A stretch of 36,809 bases of DNA from Clostridia bacterium. GTDB lineage: Bacteria; Bacillota; Clostridia; Christensenellales; UBA1242. Location: contig JAZOQJ010000028.1 of the NCBI GenBank assembly GCA_045655985.1, forward strand, positions 1 through 36,809, in the 5' to 3' direction. Every line of letters begins with the position of its first letter. The stretch's first letter is position 1. The notes under the pieces were generated by a model. That model was not told the origin of the DNA. It saw only the letters and a program-made list of their open reading frames with translations, and made no database searches. Below are positions 16,401 through 23,588 of this stretch, piece after piece. The translations under genes were made by a program, and so were the position numbers.

Positions 16401-18084
16401 GATTTACAAAAAGCGAAATACTGTCTGTATCATTTTGAAGTGTAAAAGTTTTTACATCATTTATACCAATACTTAAAGAACCTTCAGCCATAATTGACGC
16501 AACTTCAACGTCTTGCGTTGTATAAGTTTTTGAAGCAAAAATTATTTTGCCGTTTAGTTTATTTAACAAGTCGCCAATCGATGCAATATTTGCACTTACA
16601 AAATATTTTTCATATTCATATAAACTTGCCATAAACGCAAAAATTGTAAATTCGCCCTGTGCTTTAATTATTACTTGACCTGCAGAATTTACAGTTGCAA
16701 TTTTATCGTTACTTGAAAAATATTTTGTAATTTTAGGTGTTGAGCCATAAGGCAAGTTCGAATTTTGTGGAATGAAATTTTTTAGTTCCACATTAAATGT
16801 AGTATTAATATATAATTTTTTGCCATTTAAATCATCGACCATTGAGGCTGAAAAAACCTTAGTATCAATTTTTGTGGTTATCTCATCAGACTGTCTTTCC
16901 ACAGCGCCACTCAAACTAGTTTCTTGTGAAGATGTAACAGCACTTAAAGTAAAAGCGCCATTTAAATTTACTAAAGATAGGTTTTCTTCTAATATTTCAA
17001 AGTGAGTAGAATATTTATTTTCTGGGTCAGTTATAATTTCATTATAAATTTCTTGAGCCGCTAAATACATATGGTCTGCGCACTCATCGTCTGCAAATAT
17101 TTTGTATCTTGATTTTAAAATTTCAAATTTTTCAAGAGATTTTCCTAAATTTTCACTTTCAAAAACCGTAAAGTCAAATTTTAATTCTTGTACTTCTTCT
17201 GGTTCTTCATATTCCTCATCTTCAACAATAGGCAAATTCCAAACACCATTTAAAAGCGCTTCATCAACCTTTTGTTTTAACTGATTGTATATACCATTTA
17301 CATAATACTCTTCATCACTAAAATCGTCACTATCCAATAAATTTTGTTTAACTAAAATTTCTATAGGTTTTTTTGCATATACTTGCTTTTCATTTGAAAT
17401 ATCGTATGGAACTTTATCTAAAATAGGATAATCTTTTCTATCTTTTATAACCTGATTATTATCATCTATTTGTGGCCTATTTAAGCCAAAAACCGCTGCA
17501 GAAATATCGTTTTGAGATGTAATTTCCAAGTCAAAGTCAAGTTCTGTTGCATCTTCTGGCGTAGGGTTAATTTTAAAATTGTAAACCCTGTAAATTAAAA
17601 CTTCATTATTATTAAGTTCCGCATCAAAATCACGACCATCTTCTAAAAATTGCGCTCTTAAATAATTTATAACGTCTTTATAATACAAACTATCGTACGG
17701 AAAATCAACTTTATTTGATGCCTCATTTCCTTCGTACTCGCTATCCTTACCGGCAATCATATAAAAGCCAGAATTTTCGGTGTTTTTGATTTTTGCAGAA
17801 GAACAAGGCAACACCGAATAAGTAGCATCTTTTTCAGTATCGGCTTTATAAAATATGTAATAATCTTCGGTTGCGTTTTCTTCGCTCAGTCTTAAAAAAG
17901 AGCCAGAACTATCACTTGCATTAGTTGCAAATTCAAACGATAGTAGTTGTTCATAACGCGCTTTAAAACCGCCAATTAAATAAATGTATAAAAACATTAG
18001 CCCTACTAAAACAACAATAGAGCCAAAAGCTATTAATGACGGCACAAGCCAAATGTTTTTTTTGTTGGTTTTCTTTTTTGCCAT
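10432..18084 (-). CDS. giant (2,550 aa) N-terminally membrane-anchored Tyr/Asn-rich surface protein with one Big_2-like segment and a central array of degenerate aromatic beta-hairpin repeats
   Basis: Single uninterrupted ORF. The N-terminus MAKKKTNKKN plus the hydrophobic helix IWLVPSLIAFGSIVVLVGLMFLYIYLIGG is a signal-anchor. The Big_2-like signature SSNDKIATVNSAGQVIIKAQGEFTI lies at about nt 16630..16752. An acidic hinge EEDPTPNEENDEGEDDGASEPNPDEDNSE lies at about nt 14185..14300. No LPXTG motif and no C-terminal TM. SD is AAAGGGTG. Confidence 0.85.
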   Translation of the reverse strand: MAKKKTNKKNIWLVPSLIAFGSIVVLVGLMFLYIYLIGGFKARYEQLLSFEFATNASDSSGSFLRLSEENATEDYYIFYKADTEKDATYSVLPCSSAKIKNTENSGFYMIAGKDSEYEGNEASNKVDFPYDSLYYKDVINYLRAQFLEDGRDFDAELNNNEVLIYRVYNFKINPTPEDATELDFDLEITSQNDISAAVFGLNRPQIDDNNQVIKDRKDYPILDKVPYDISNEKQVYAKKPIEILVKQNLLDSDDFSDEEYYVNGIYNQLKQKVDEALLNGVWNLPIVEDEEYEEPEEVQELKFDFTVFESENLGKSLEKFEILKSRYKIFADDECADHMYLAAQEIYNEIITDPENKYSTHFEILEENLSLVNLNGAFTLSAVTSSQETSLSGAVERQSDEITTKIDTKVFSASMVDDLNGKKLYINTTFNVELKNFIPQNSNLPYGSTPKITKYFSSNDKIATVNSAGQVIIKAQGEFTIFAFMASLYEYEKYFVSANIASIGDLLNKLNGKIIFASKTYTTQDVEVASIMAEGSLSIGINDVKTFTLQNDTDSISLFVNPDPAAVGLDHTYVGMLKKLKDVVLTPKMQDKVGSKIHDCDKEYIDIKTELIEKDGYQGVNVQITALNEFDFTDKRLVIECALQDFKAYIIVEIEGEALYNASALSGKNFNITYEKGKDDILWKAYFAGERVSDTGGTLASDYLQEYVDLQKFLIDGEEKYIFIDDSSDYKYIKYFVNNKQNVFLTTGIDYYINGGIYQELAGLSLTRVGVSNNYSIELKEGILYPLKASTEPVTIYLMFVKTQVVDGKEIPVYKSLDDTRLYYYNGKYYTKFEGWNSTQENYEFVVDIYTGKVFENSGVYQDDSGKNLLKIGDNFYYAYDGEVYFDTENNPYSSGGEELFVHEVDGKIHLYLNSQMYTSQISEFTLDEVTHYMVNNKLLHYIVIDQQNIYLNMLGRTDIISDENITNTYYTYNGEEVLYSWLYQDAQNNTKYYYAMYEIAENDGTHSATYNKIYYLEGGKRYFYNTNNNSVVVADGATGPNQILFDLTSYSTGYYTLKVENNNVIFENQEISHTDAIVKTNDYYSKVSLLEEGEKYSVDALGNIYEDANGELSVNVDGNYYYNGSSLSEFNPTYNAVYYLRSIILSEGGNLKLTLTKDASKDTAYFNEKGDRITYTRRTKTNEENVEIEVNYFSVVTLGAIYNDSFYASNVYEVYEGEVYTLVDNGTTYYYDNSGINVYKNNEADNIYYSYDNLFAIVDPTQVVEEDPTPNEENDEGEDDGASEPNPDEDNSETFNPETNKNYLQNGFAFITKTENTKPLQYHEGRYYFADAYSKEQVFEYSLSINEVYKNNGEYYSIVEDGKYNYNERDKYFYLLEAQDVFTPLNDIYYYTVDNEGQITIHEVAPSIETPFYFGEEKENNITSAGELDPSVIYYINIGVQEEPQFVQLKSLIAGKTYIQSTYEEYVKQYGKLYMVNNDGYYYYYENSIKEFENILNSQTSPEDLGFIPMEKGKVYKLNDQTTQISVNNQIIEVYLFQEFNKIVTQNIYHDNTGKMVEKVIDKNDESKFKYAYITSSTIESENKFNGITYSKDITIYYETAEESATEFVNVYTIKENTLEVKPESGNYKTIIVGKFYDVAYGMTQPELNNKRIYFNAENGLFYTDADFNNKYYGDFSMVALIDNQYYNFENLLTLAITKGEEKLKQDNGGNLPQDCTNEQKLTAGWEILTNTDNIIEFYNLDGKNVVYNNELQWALATKNYFIKEVLDENFTYNVLEKVETSNIKRLYTYNKVDSYVLSSENTLNLSTNSTLYLMFTDNKENTDEFVTQGKTLQSLIESGLIKYTLTDASGVSVQGVMLEDEKYLSVGFADIGTYDLKVYISANLSALAEYTQLLSIKFIVTADSLTTINVSTNVTKVGVRLENNDIVYYQKDSSDNDILDEDNQLIQDTLTIDLSQSIPNGYTFNEGVTIKAQVYDNDEFIGEQKLGVITLYDINGNETSHFGVVDGKVTFKYEIFDVSHVYYVKLIVICGGVEGYTCIVIDKFNGVINNTELTYGILDSLMTIDVDLYQGTQDNALALNKNNLIFTIDSIELFNKYNGEMTGVIEDYSQDDFKIVGLNKNNEDVSKNNVTDKVVNSYVLVIDTSKAWMDYNENIVVNIKLSTTFGYVHKDLICLTIVNNTQVHFYLNNETYYGGVELKPVEYTQGETTIPSTIVELFKVHDGLLVHCEEFENDGTYYYTTEALKEIEYSASANGGAGGFVKAGTVETVTPDRLFIKDNAGYFKEYGNPTIEYLNGLTLSLEEITGINLGYGSHETHKTYKIFAGSTHLGYVQAGENYLSLDSENEMLKVQENNGSKIICQIKLITKKFDAAEFSQYFNETDKFYSVYNNIKRENIAENTIMKLSKYIFAQQHPSITQNITGINYKYEFYINGFSNYSVDTPTNETLIVIQGGNNIEVNVVQKLYYNFNGTNILVAQINEKDGNCYILAGDLSTAELDKDNLPICIKFTPSHNDYIFSSSDTWYLNMAIVKENSLHSKNFESDEIVLS

Positions 18085-18157
18085 ACAAACACCCTTTAAG
18101 AAAATATTTTAACTTAGTATTTTCATTTAATAAAATATTATATATATTACAAGTATA

Positions 18158-18187
18158 ATTATAAAAGCAAACACGACATAAAGTCAA
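18158..18187 (-). promoter_or_regulatory. sigma-A promoter TTGACT-18-TATAAT for the giant gene
   Basis: Minus strand: TTGACT (18187..18182), 18-nt spacer, TATAAT (18163..18158). This implies a 5' UTR of about 65 nt. Confidence 0.5.
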
Positions 18188-18245
18188 ACAAAAAAAGCCC
18201 CATTAGTAAAAACAAAGTTTTTAAAAGGACTTTTTTTAATAAATT

Positions 18246-19586
18246 TTATTTAAGTGTTAACATTACAACCGTTTCAACATGTTTAGTTTGTGGAAACATA
18301 TCATATGGTCTTATATATGAAATTTTATATTTTGAATTTTTTTGCGCGCATAAAATATTTAAATCTCTTGCAAGGGTTGATGGGTCGCATGAAACATATA
18401 AAATTTTTAAAGGCGCAACCTCATTAAGTGTATTTAATAAATTTATTGCGCAACCTTTTCGTGGTGGGTCTAAAACCACAACCGTTTTATTTTCTTTAAT
18501 TTTTTGTTTTAAATCATTTATTACTTTCGCGCTGTCACCACAAATGTTTTGAACATTTAAAATATTGTTTTCTTTACATAATTTATCCGCACTTTTTGTA
18601 GCCTCATCTACAATTTCAACACCAATTGCATTTTTAACGCATTTACTAATTAATGCGGTTAAAAGACCAGCTCCAGAGTATGCGTCTATTGCAAGGTCAA
18701 AACCCTTACACTCCTCAACAACTTGTTCATAAATTAAATTTTTAATATAAGTATTTACCTGCATAAAGCACTCGTTATTGATAGTATATCTCACGCCAAA
18801 TTCAACAAGTTCAATTTCTTCTAAGCCACAAAGGTGAGTATATTTACCTATTGGCAGATAATTACTGGCCTTAGCATTGTTAATGATACCTAATCCCACA
18901 GCCTCAAACTCAGTTAAAAGCGCAGTAAAATAATCTTCATAATTAGGTAGCTTGTTTTTTGTTAAAACCAATGTTACTAAAAGCGAAGCACCAACTTTTC
19001 GAGCAACAATTTGTTTTAAAAGCCCCTTATTTGTTTTAGGGTTATATATTGAAACACCATACTTTTTCACAAACTCATTTGTGATTTCGATTAGTTTTTT
19101 ACACCAACTTTGAGTAATAATACAATCGTTAATTGGAAGTAAATTATTGTTTGTGTCATGCATACAAATTTTACGAGACACACAATCAAAAGGTGCAGAA
19201 ATTTTATTTCTGTAACCATAACTTAAATTGCTTGAAATGCACGGCAAAACCATTGCATCAATTTTTGCAATTTTATCAATAGCATTTTGTATAATTTGTT
19301 GTTTTATTTTAAGTGCCTCATTGTACTCAATATGTTGCAATTGACACCCACCGCAAATTTCATAGTAAGGGCATTTTGCATTAGTTCTAAATTCACTTGT
19401 TTTATTAATACTGTTTAAAGAGCATTCAACATAACTTTTTTTAACGCATTGTGTATTAGCAACAACTTCTTCCCCCTGTAAAGCATAAGGCACAAACGCA
19501 ACTTTACCATCAGGCGAAACACCAACACCCTCGCCATTAGCACCATAATTTAAAATTTTACATACAAATTTTTCATTCTTTTCCAT
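18246..19586 (-). CDS. rlmD: 23S rRNA (uracil-C5)-methyltransferase, RlmD/RumA family (TRAM domain, 4Fe-4S cluster, SAM MTase)
   Basis: 446 aa. N-terminal TRAM-like region GANGEGVGVSPDGKVAFVPYALQGEEV. Cys cluster CPYYEICGGCQLQH. SAM motif DAYSGAGLLT. Catalytic region VLDPPRKG...YVSCDPSTLARD. The exact substrate position is not determinable from sequence. Confidence 0.8.
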   Translation of the reverse strand: MEKNEKFVCKILNYGANGEGVGVSPDGKVAFVPYALQGEEVVANTQCVKKSYVECSLNSINKTSEFRTNAKCPYYEICGGCQLQHIEYNEALKIKQQIIQNAIDKIAKIDAMVLPCISSNLSYGYRNKISAPFDCVSRKICMHDTNNNLLPINDCIITQSWCKKLIEITNEFVKKYGVSIYNPKTNKGLLKQIVARKVGASLLVTLVLTKNKLPNYEDYFTALLTEFEAVGLGIINNAKASNYLPIGKYTHLCGLEEIELVEFGVRYTINNECFMQVNTYIKNLIYEQVVEECKGFDLAIDAYSGAGLLTALISKCVKNAIGVEIVDEATKSADKLCKENNILNVQNICGDSAKVINDLKQKIKENKTVVVLDPPRKGCAINLLNTLNEVAPLKILYVSCDPSTLARDLNILCAQKNSKYKISYIRPYDMFPQTKHVETVVMLTLK

Positions 19587-19592
19587 GTAAAA

Positions 19593-19621
19593 ATTGTAAT
19601 ATTTTTTTTAAAATTAGTCAA
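19593..19621 (-). promoter_or_regulatory. promoter TTGACT-17-TACAAT ending 6 nt before the rlmD ATG (leaderless-mRNA candidate)
   Basis: Minus strand: TTGACT (19621..19616), 17-nt spacer, TACAAT (19598..19593), ttttac, then the ATG (19586..19584). There is no SD. Confidence 0.45.
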
Positions 19622-19690
19622 TTAAAATTTGTAAGTTTAAAATGCTTATAACTAGATAAAAATTAATAAAAGACTAATAAAAGGTGAAGT

Positions 19691-20572
19691 ATGGATTGGA
19701 GTAATTTTTGGAATGAATTTTTAATATGGCTAGAAACCGAGGGACTTATGAAATTTACCTCGCTTGTACTTGTAATTATAATAGGTTTTATTGCAATAAG
19801 AATTTTGCTTAGAATAATTAAAAAGGCTTTTTTAAAAACAAGGCTTGACAACACAGTTGGCGACTTTTTGCTATCTATCATAAAATTTTGTTTATATTTG
19901 GTTTGGGTTTTGGCCATGATATCTAGCCTAGGCGTTTCACTAACAGGATTTACTGTTATTGCAACCGCACTATCCCTTGGTGTTTCTTTGGCGCTTGAAA
20001 ACCTACTTTCAAATTTGGTTAACGGCTTTGTTATAATTTCGGGCAAACTTTTTAAAGAAGGCGATTGGGTACAAATTGGCGACGACGAGGGCGAGGTTAA
20101 AGGCATTCATATTTTATACACTAAACTAAACACTGCTGACAACAAGCAAATTTCAATACCAAATTCACAAATTATGACTAAAAGTATTATTAATTTTAAC
20201 TCGCAAGGCACAAGACGAGTTGATGTTTCATTTGTAATTGCAAACTTTGAAAGTGTTGACAAAACCAAACAAATTATGGAAGAAGTGGTTAATAATTGTG
20301 GTTATATTTTAAAATCTCCTAAACCATTTTTCGCGGTAATAGAAGTTAATGAATTGGGCGCAACAATCACAACTCGTGTATGGGTAGACGCTAAAAATTT
20401 TTGGGACACAAAGTATTATTTAATAGACAATATTTTTAACAAGCTAAAACGCAACAAAGTTGCCATTGCAAAACAAAATATCATGGTTGAAATATTAGAT
20501 GGTAAAAATAAGGTAGAATTTAGAAAAGAGCCCTTGCCCAAATATAAAAAGCAAAAAGAAAAACAAACTTAA
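19691..20572 (+). CDS. small-conductance mechanosensitive channel, MscS family
   Basis: 293 aa. Three N-terminal TM helices. The pore-helix and beta-domain signature is ALSLGVSLALENLLSNLVNGFVIISGKLFKEGDWVQIGDDEGEVKGIHILYTKLNTADNKQISIPNS. SD is AAAAGGTGA. Confidence 0.85.
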   Translation: MDWSNFWNEFLIWLETEGLMKFTSLVLVIIIGFIAIRILLRIIKKAFLKTRLDNTVGDFLLSIIKFCLYLVWVLAMISSLGVSLTGFTVIATALSLGVSLALENLLSNLVNGFVIISGKLFKEGDWVQIGDDEGEVKGIHILYTKLNTADNKQISIPNSQIMTKSIINFNSQGTRRVDVSFVIANFESVDKTKQIMEEVVNNCGYILKSPKPFFAVIEVNELGATITTRVWVDAKNFWDTKYYLIDNIFNKLKRNKVAIAKQNIMVEILDGKNKVEFRKEPLPKYKKQKEKQT

Positions 20573-20638
20573 ACTTGCAATTTTAAAAAAGATATACTAT
20601 ACTTTTTTTGTAATAAAATTAGTTTGTTTAGGTGTTAA

Positions 20639-21184
20639 ATGGCAGAGTATATTCTTTCACAAATTTTTATATGTTTAGGCTTAAGCGCGCTTGGTGCAAG
20701 TTACTTTGTAAAAAACTACAAAATTGTAACCATACTCTGTATAATTTGCGCAGTTTTAGCTGCTATAGGTTACGCACTTTTAGGCGCAACTACTGCCATA
20801 TTTTTAAACGCTTTAGGGGTGGTTTCATACATTTTCTTTTACATTTTTAAAATAAAAAATAAAGAAAATCCATTTTACTTTATATTAATTTTGTGGACAG
20901 CCACAATTATTAATGGTGTTTTAACTTTTACAGGGCCTGTTAGTTTAATACCCACCATTGCAAGTTTGTTTTTTTATTATTCTGTTTGGCAAAAAAACAC
21001 CTTGGTGTATAGAGTAATTGGCGTCTTAGCATCAGTTGCTTATGTTTTTTATAACTTATTATATAAATCTTACTTTGGCGCAATTTTACAAGTAGTTTTA
21101 TTTGTATTTGCACTTGTTGGGTTAATTTATTATTTAATTGAATTATATAAATTTAAAGCACAAAAAAATACTACCACAAGGTAG
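20639..21184 (+). CDS. small polytopic membrane protein (YgjV-like, two-repeat topology)
   Basis: 181 aa with about 5-6 TM helices and SD AGGTG. The overlapping 20632..20850 ORF is in another frame and was rejected. The family assignment is tentative. Confidence 0.65.
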   Translation: MAEYILSQIFICLGLSALGASYFVKNYKIVTILCIICAVLAAIGYALLGATTAIFLNALGVVSYIFFYIFKIKNKENPFYFILILWTATIINGVLTFTGPVSLIPTIASLFFYYSVWQKNTLVYRVIGVLASVAYVFYNLLYKSYFGAILQVVLFVFALVGLIYYLIELYKFKAQKNTTTR

Positions 21185-21195
21185 TATTTTTTATT
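21162..21195. terminator. bidirectional intrinsic terminator between convergent genes
   Basis: AAAAAAA-TACTACC-acaa-GGTAGTA-TTTTTTATTTT (stems 21169..21175 and 21180..21186). It overlaps the stop of the + gene and directly precedes the pheT stop at 21196. Confidence 0.75.
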
Positions 21196-23571
21196 TTATC
21201 TTAAAGTTAAACCAAAGTGGAATGCATGGTCTATAAATGATTTATGGAAATTTTCAATCTCTGTACTTGTTAAGGTATGGTCATAAGAATAAACATTTAC
21301 CCTAAATGTATAACTACGTTTATTGTAAAGCGCCTGTTCGTCTTCATAAATATCCGCCAACGCAATTTCGTAAGTTAAAGAAGATTTAAAGTTTTTAAGA
21401 TACTTTTCAATTTCGCCAAACACTAAAGTTTTTGGAGCAACAAAGTTAAAGTCCAAATTAGTTGCTTGATATTTTGAAAGTTGTTTGCTTTTTGCTTGAG
21501 TGCCTTCAACTTGTGCAAATTCTTTAAAATTAATTTCAAGCATTACCATGTTAAGTTTTTTGTCAATATTACGCTTAACTTTTGGGTTAACTATGCCCAT
21601 ATATCCCACAACTTTACCATTTAACAAAATCTCAGCATTGTTTTTTGGAGATACAAAGTTTTTATTTAGTTCTACTGAAAGTTTGTATTCTGGTTTTGTG
21701 TGAAGTAAATTATTAGATATAGTTTCCACAATTTCTTTAAGTTCAAAGTAAAGTTCTTTTTCTTCTTTATCACTCATTAAAACTATACTTAAATTTTTGT
21801 TTTCGATATAATTTCCATCAGCATTTTTGCCTGTTACACATCTTCCAATTTCAAAAATGCCAACATTTTTTGTGGTGTTTTTATTTTCAACAGCAATTTT
21901 AATTAAAGTAGGAACTAATTCACTTCGAATGGCATTTGCACTTGGGTCAGTAGAATTAATAATTTTAGCAACTGGGGTTGTTTCTATGCCATATTCTTTA
22001 TTAAAATCGGCAAAATTCCAAATATAAGTATGCACTTCATTAAGCCCAAAATTTTCAGCTAAAATAAGTTTTGTTTCATACTCTAATGTTTGCTCACGAC
22101 TTTGTTCAACAGGACTAATTTCGGCTTTAACTGGCATTGGTTTAATGTTGTCATAGCCATACATACGAGCCACTTCTTCAACAATGTCCGCAGGAAGAGA
22201 AATATCTTTAGTCGCCCTAAACGAAGGCGGAGTAATGAGCATTGTAGTGCCATAATCTTGCACTTTAAATTCAAGCGCTTTTAAAGTGTTTATAACAAAC
22301 ATTTTGTCTAAACTAAAGCCACATTGGCTATTTAAATATTCCATACTAACTTCAATAGGATTTATGGCATATTTCTTTTTATATACGTCAGTTATTGAAC
22401 TTTCAATAGTATAACCTTCGCAATAACTATCAAGTAGCGCCGCAAAACGCTTAATTGCAATTATTGTGTTTTCAGGGTCCAAACTTTTTTCGTATCTAGC
22501 GGATGCTTCTGTTCTCAGCCCTACAGCTTGCGCAGTTTTTCTAATACTCATACTATCAAAGCAAGCACTTTCTAAAACAACGCTTGTTGAATTAGGATTA
22601 ATTTCGCTATCAAGTCCTCCCATAACACCTGCAATTGCAACAGGTGCATCATTATTGCAAATCATAAGTGAATTATTTGGCACATTTCTTGTTTCTTTAT
22701 CAAGCGTTGTAAATTCTTTATTTTCATCAAAAGTTTTTACATTGATTTTTTCTATAAAATTTCCGTCAAAAGCGTGCATTGGTTGGCCAACATCTAGCAT
22801 AACATAGTTAGTTAAATCTGCTAAAAAGTTAATAGCACGCATACCTGTGTAATACAATCTAATTCTAATTTTTGCAGGCGAAGTTTTACGAGTAATATTT
22901 CCAAGTTTTATTGCTGAGTAGCGCATACAAGCGTCGTTTTCGACACTAATTTCTAATGGACGTTTAAAGTCGGCTCTTGATAGTTCATTTAGTGCAAGTG
23001 GTTTTAAAGGCCTATTTAAAATGCAGGCAATTTCACGAGCCATACCATAGTGGCACCATAAATCAGGTCTATTTGTTAAACTTTTATTATCAATTTCAAA
23101 CACGGTGTCTTTTACTGGGTACAAATGTGTAATAGGAGTACCTAAGTTAACGTCTTCTAAAATATCCATAATTCCGTCGTTATCTTCACTTAAACCTAGT
23201 TCCTTTTCACTACAACACATACCATAACTTTCGTAGCCGGCAATTGTGGCTTTTTCTATAACAAAATCTTCGCTCATTTTTGTTCCAATTTGCGCTAAAG
23301 CAACCTTCATGCCTTCTCTTACATTTGGCGCGCCACAAACAATGTTTAAAATTTCTGTGCCATTATCAACTTTTAATAAATGTAATTTTTTGCTATTAGG
23401 ATGATTTTCTACTTCTAAAATTTTAGCGACAACAACAGTGTCTAAATTTGCGCCAAATTCTTCCACGCCTTCGATTTCAGCGGTGGCAAGCCCTATTTTT
23501 TTAATAAGTTCTTGTTTGTCAACACCAGTTAAATCTACATAATCGCTAATCCAATTTAAACTTATTTTCAT
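21196..23571 (-). CDS. pheT: phenylalanine--tRNA ligase beta subunit
   Basis: 791 aa. N-terminus MKISLNWISDYVDL, a tRNA-binding (OB) domain, B3/4 and B5 regions, and a C-terminal anticodon-binding-like FDX domain. It directly follows pheS. Confidence 0.92.
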   Translation of the reverse strand: MKISLNWISDYVDLTGVDKQELIKKIGLATAEIEGVEEFGANLDTVVVAKILEVENHPNSKKLHLLKVDNGTEILNIVCGAPNVREGMKVALAQIGTKMSEDFVIEKATIAGYESYGMCCSEKELGLSEDNDGIMDILEDVNLGTPITHLYPVKDTVFEIDNKSLTNRPDLWCHYGMAREIACILNRPLKPLALNELSRADFKRPLEISVENDACMRYSAIKLGNITRKTSPAKIRIRLYYTGMRAINFLADLTNYVMLDVGQPMHAFDGNFIEKINVKTFDENKEFTTLDKETRNVPNNSLMICNNDAPVAIAGVMGGLDSEINPNSTSVVLESACFDSMSIRKTAQAVGLRTEASARYEKSLDPENTIIAIKRFAALLDSYCEGYTIESSITDVYKKKYAINPIEVSMEYLNSQCGFSLDKMFVINTLKALEFKVQDYGTTMLITPPSFRATKDISLPADIVEEVARMYGYDNIKPMPVKAEISPVEQSREQTLEYETKLILAENFGLNEVHTYIWNFADFNKEYGIETTPVAKIINSTDPSANAIRSELVPTLIKIAVENKNTTKNVGIFEIGRCVTGKNADGNYIENKNLSIVLMSDKEEKELYFELKEIVETISNNLLHTKPEYKLSVELNKNFVSPKNNAEILLNGKVVGYMGIVNPKVKRNIDKKLNMVMLEINFKEFAQVEGTQAKSKQLSKYQATNLDFNFVAPKTLVFGEIEKYLKNFKSSLTYEIALADIYEDEQALYNKRSYTFRVNVYSYDHTLTSTEIENFHKSFIDHAFHFGLTLR

Positions 23572-23588
23572 ATGCTATCTCTCTCCTA

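Noticed and set aside
18056-18063. A8 homopolymer (T8 on the plus strand) in codons 7-10 of the giant surface protein gene, as a possible phase-variation tract
   Set aside because: A/T runs of 7-9 nt are frequent throughout this AT-rich window, including in intergenic regions and other genes. The tract simply encodes the Lys-rich membrane-proximal segment. Without read-level length heterogeneity there is no support.
14052-18187. Small ORFs overlapping the giant gene (14052..14270 -, 16772..17005 +, 17102..17284 +, 17963..18187 -)
   Set aside because: They are alternative-frame or antisense products of the 7.65-kb ORF. The 14052 ORF is just the Lys-rich alternative frame of the GA-rich acidic hinge.
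19663-20106. 147-aa minus-strand ORF overlapping the MscS-family gene
   Set aside because: It is antisense to a well-supported channel gene, gives a Ser/Pro/Thr-rich low-complexity product, and has no SD.
20573-20625. AAAAAAGATATACTATACTTTTTTT after the MscS-family gene, as a terminator
   Set aside because: The stem would be almost entirely A-U with one G-C pair, which is too weak to call.
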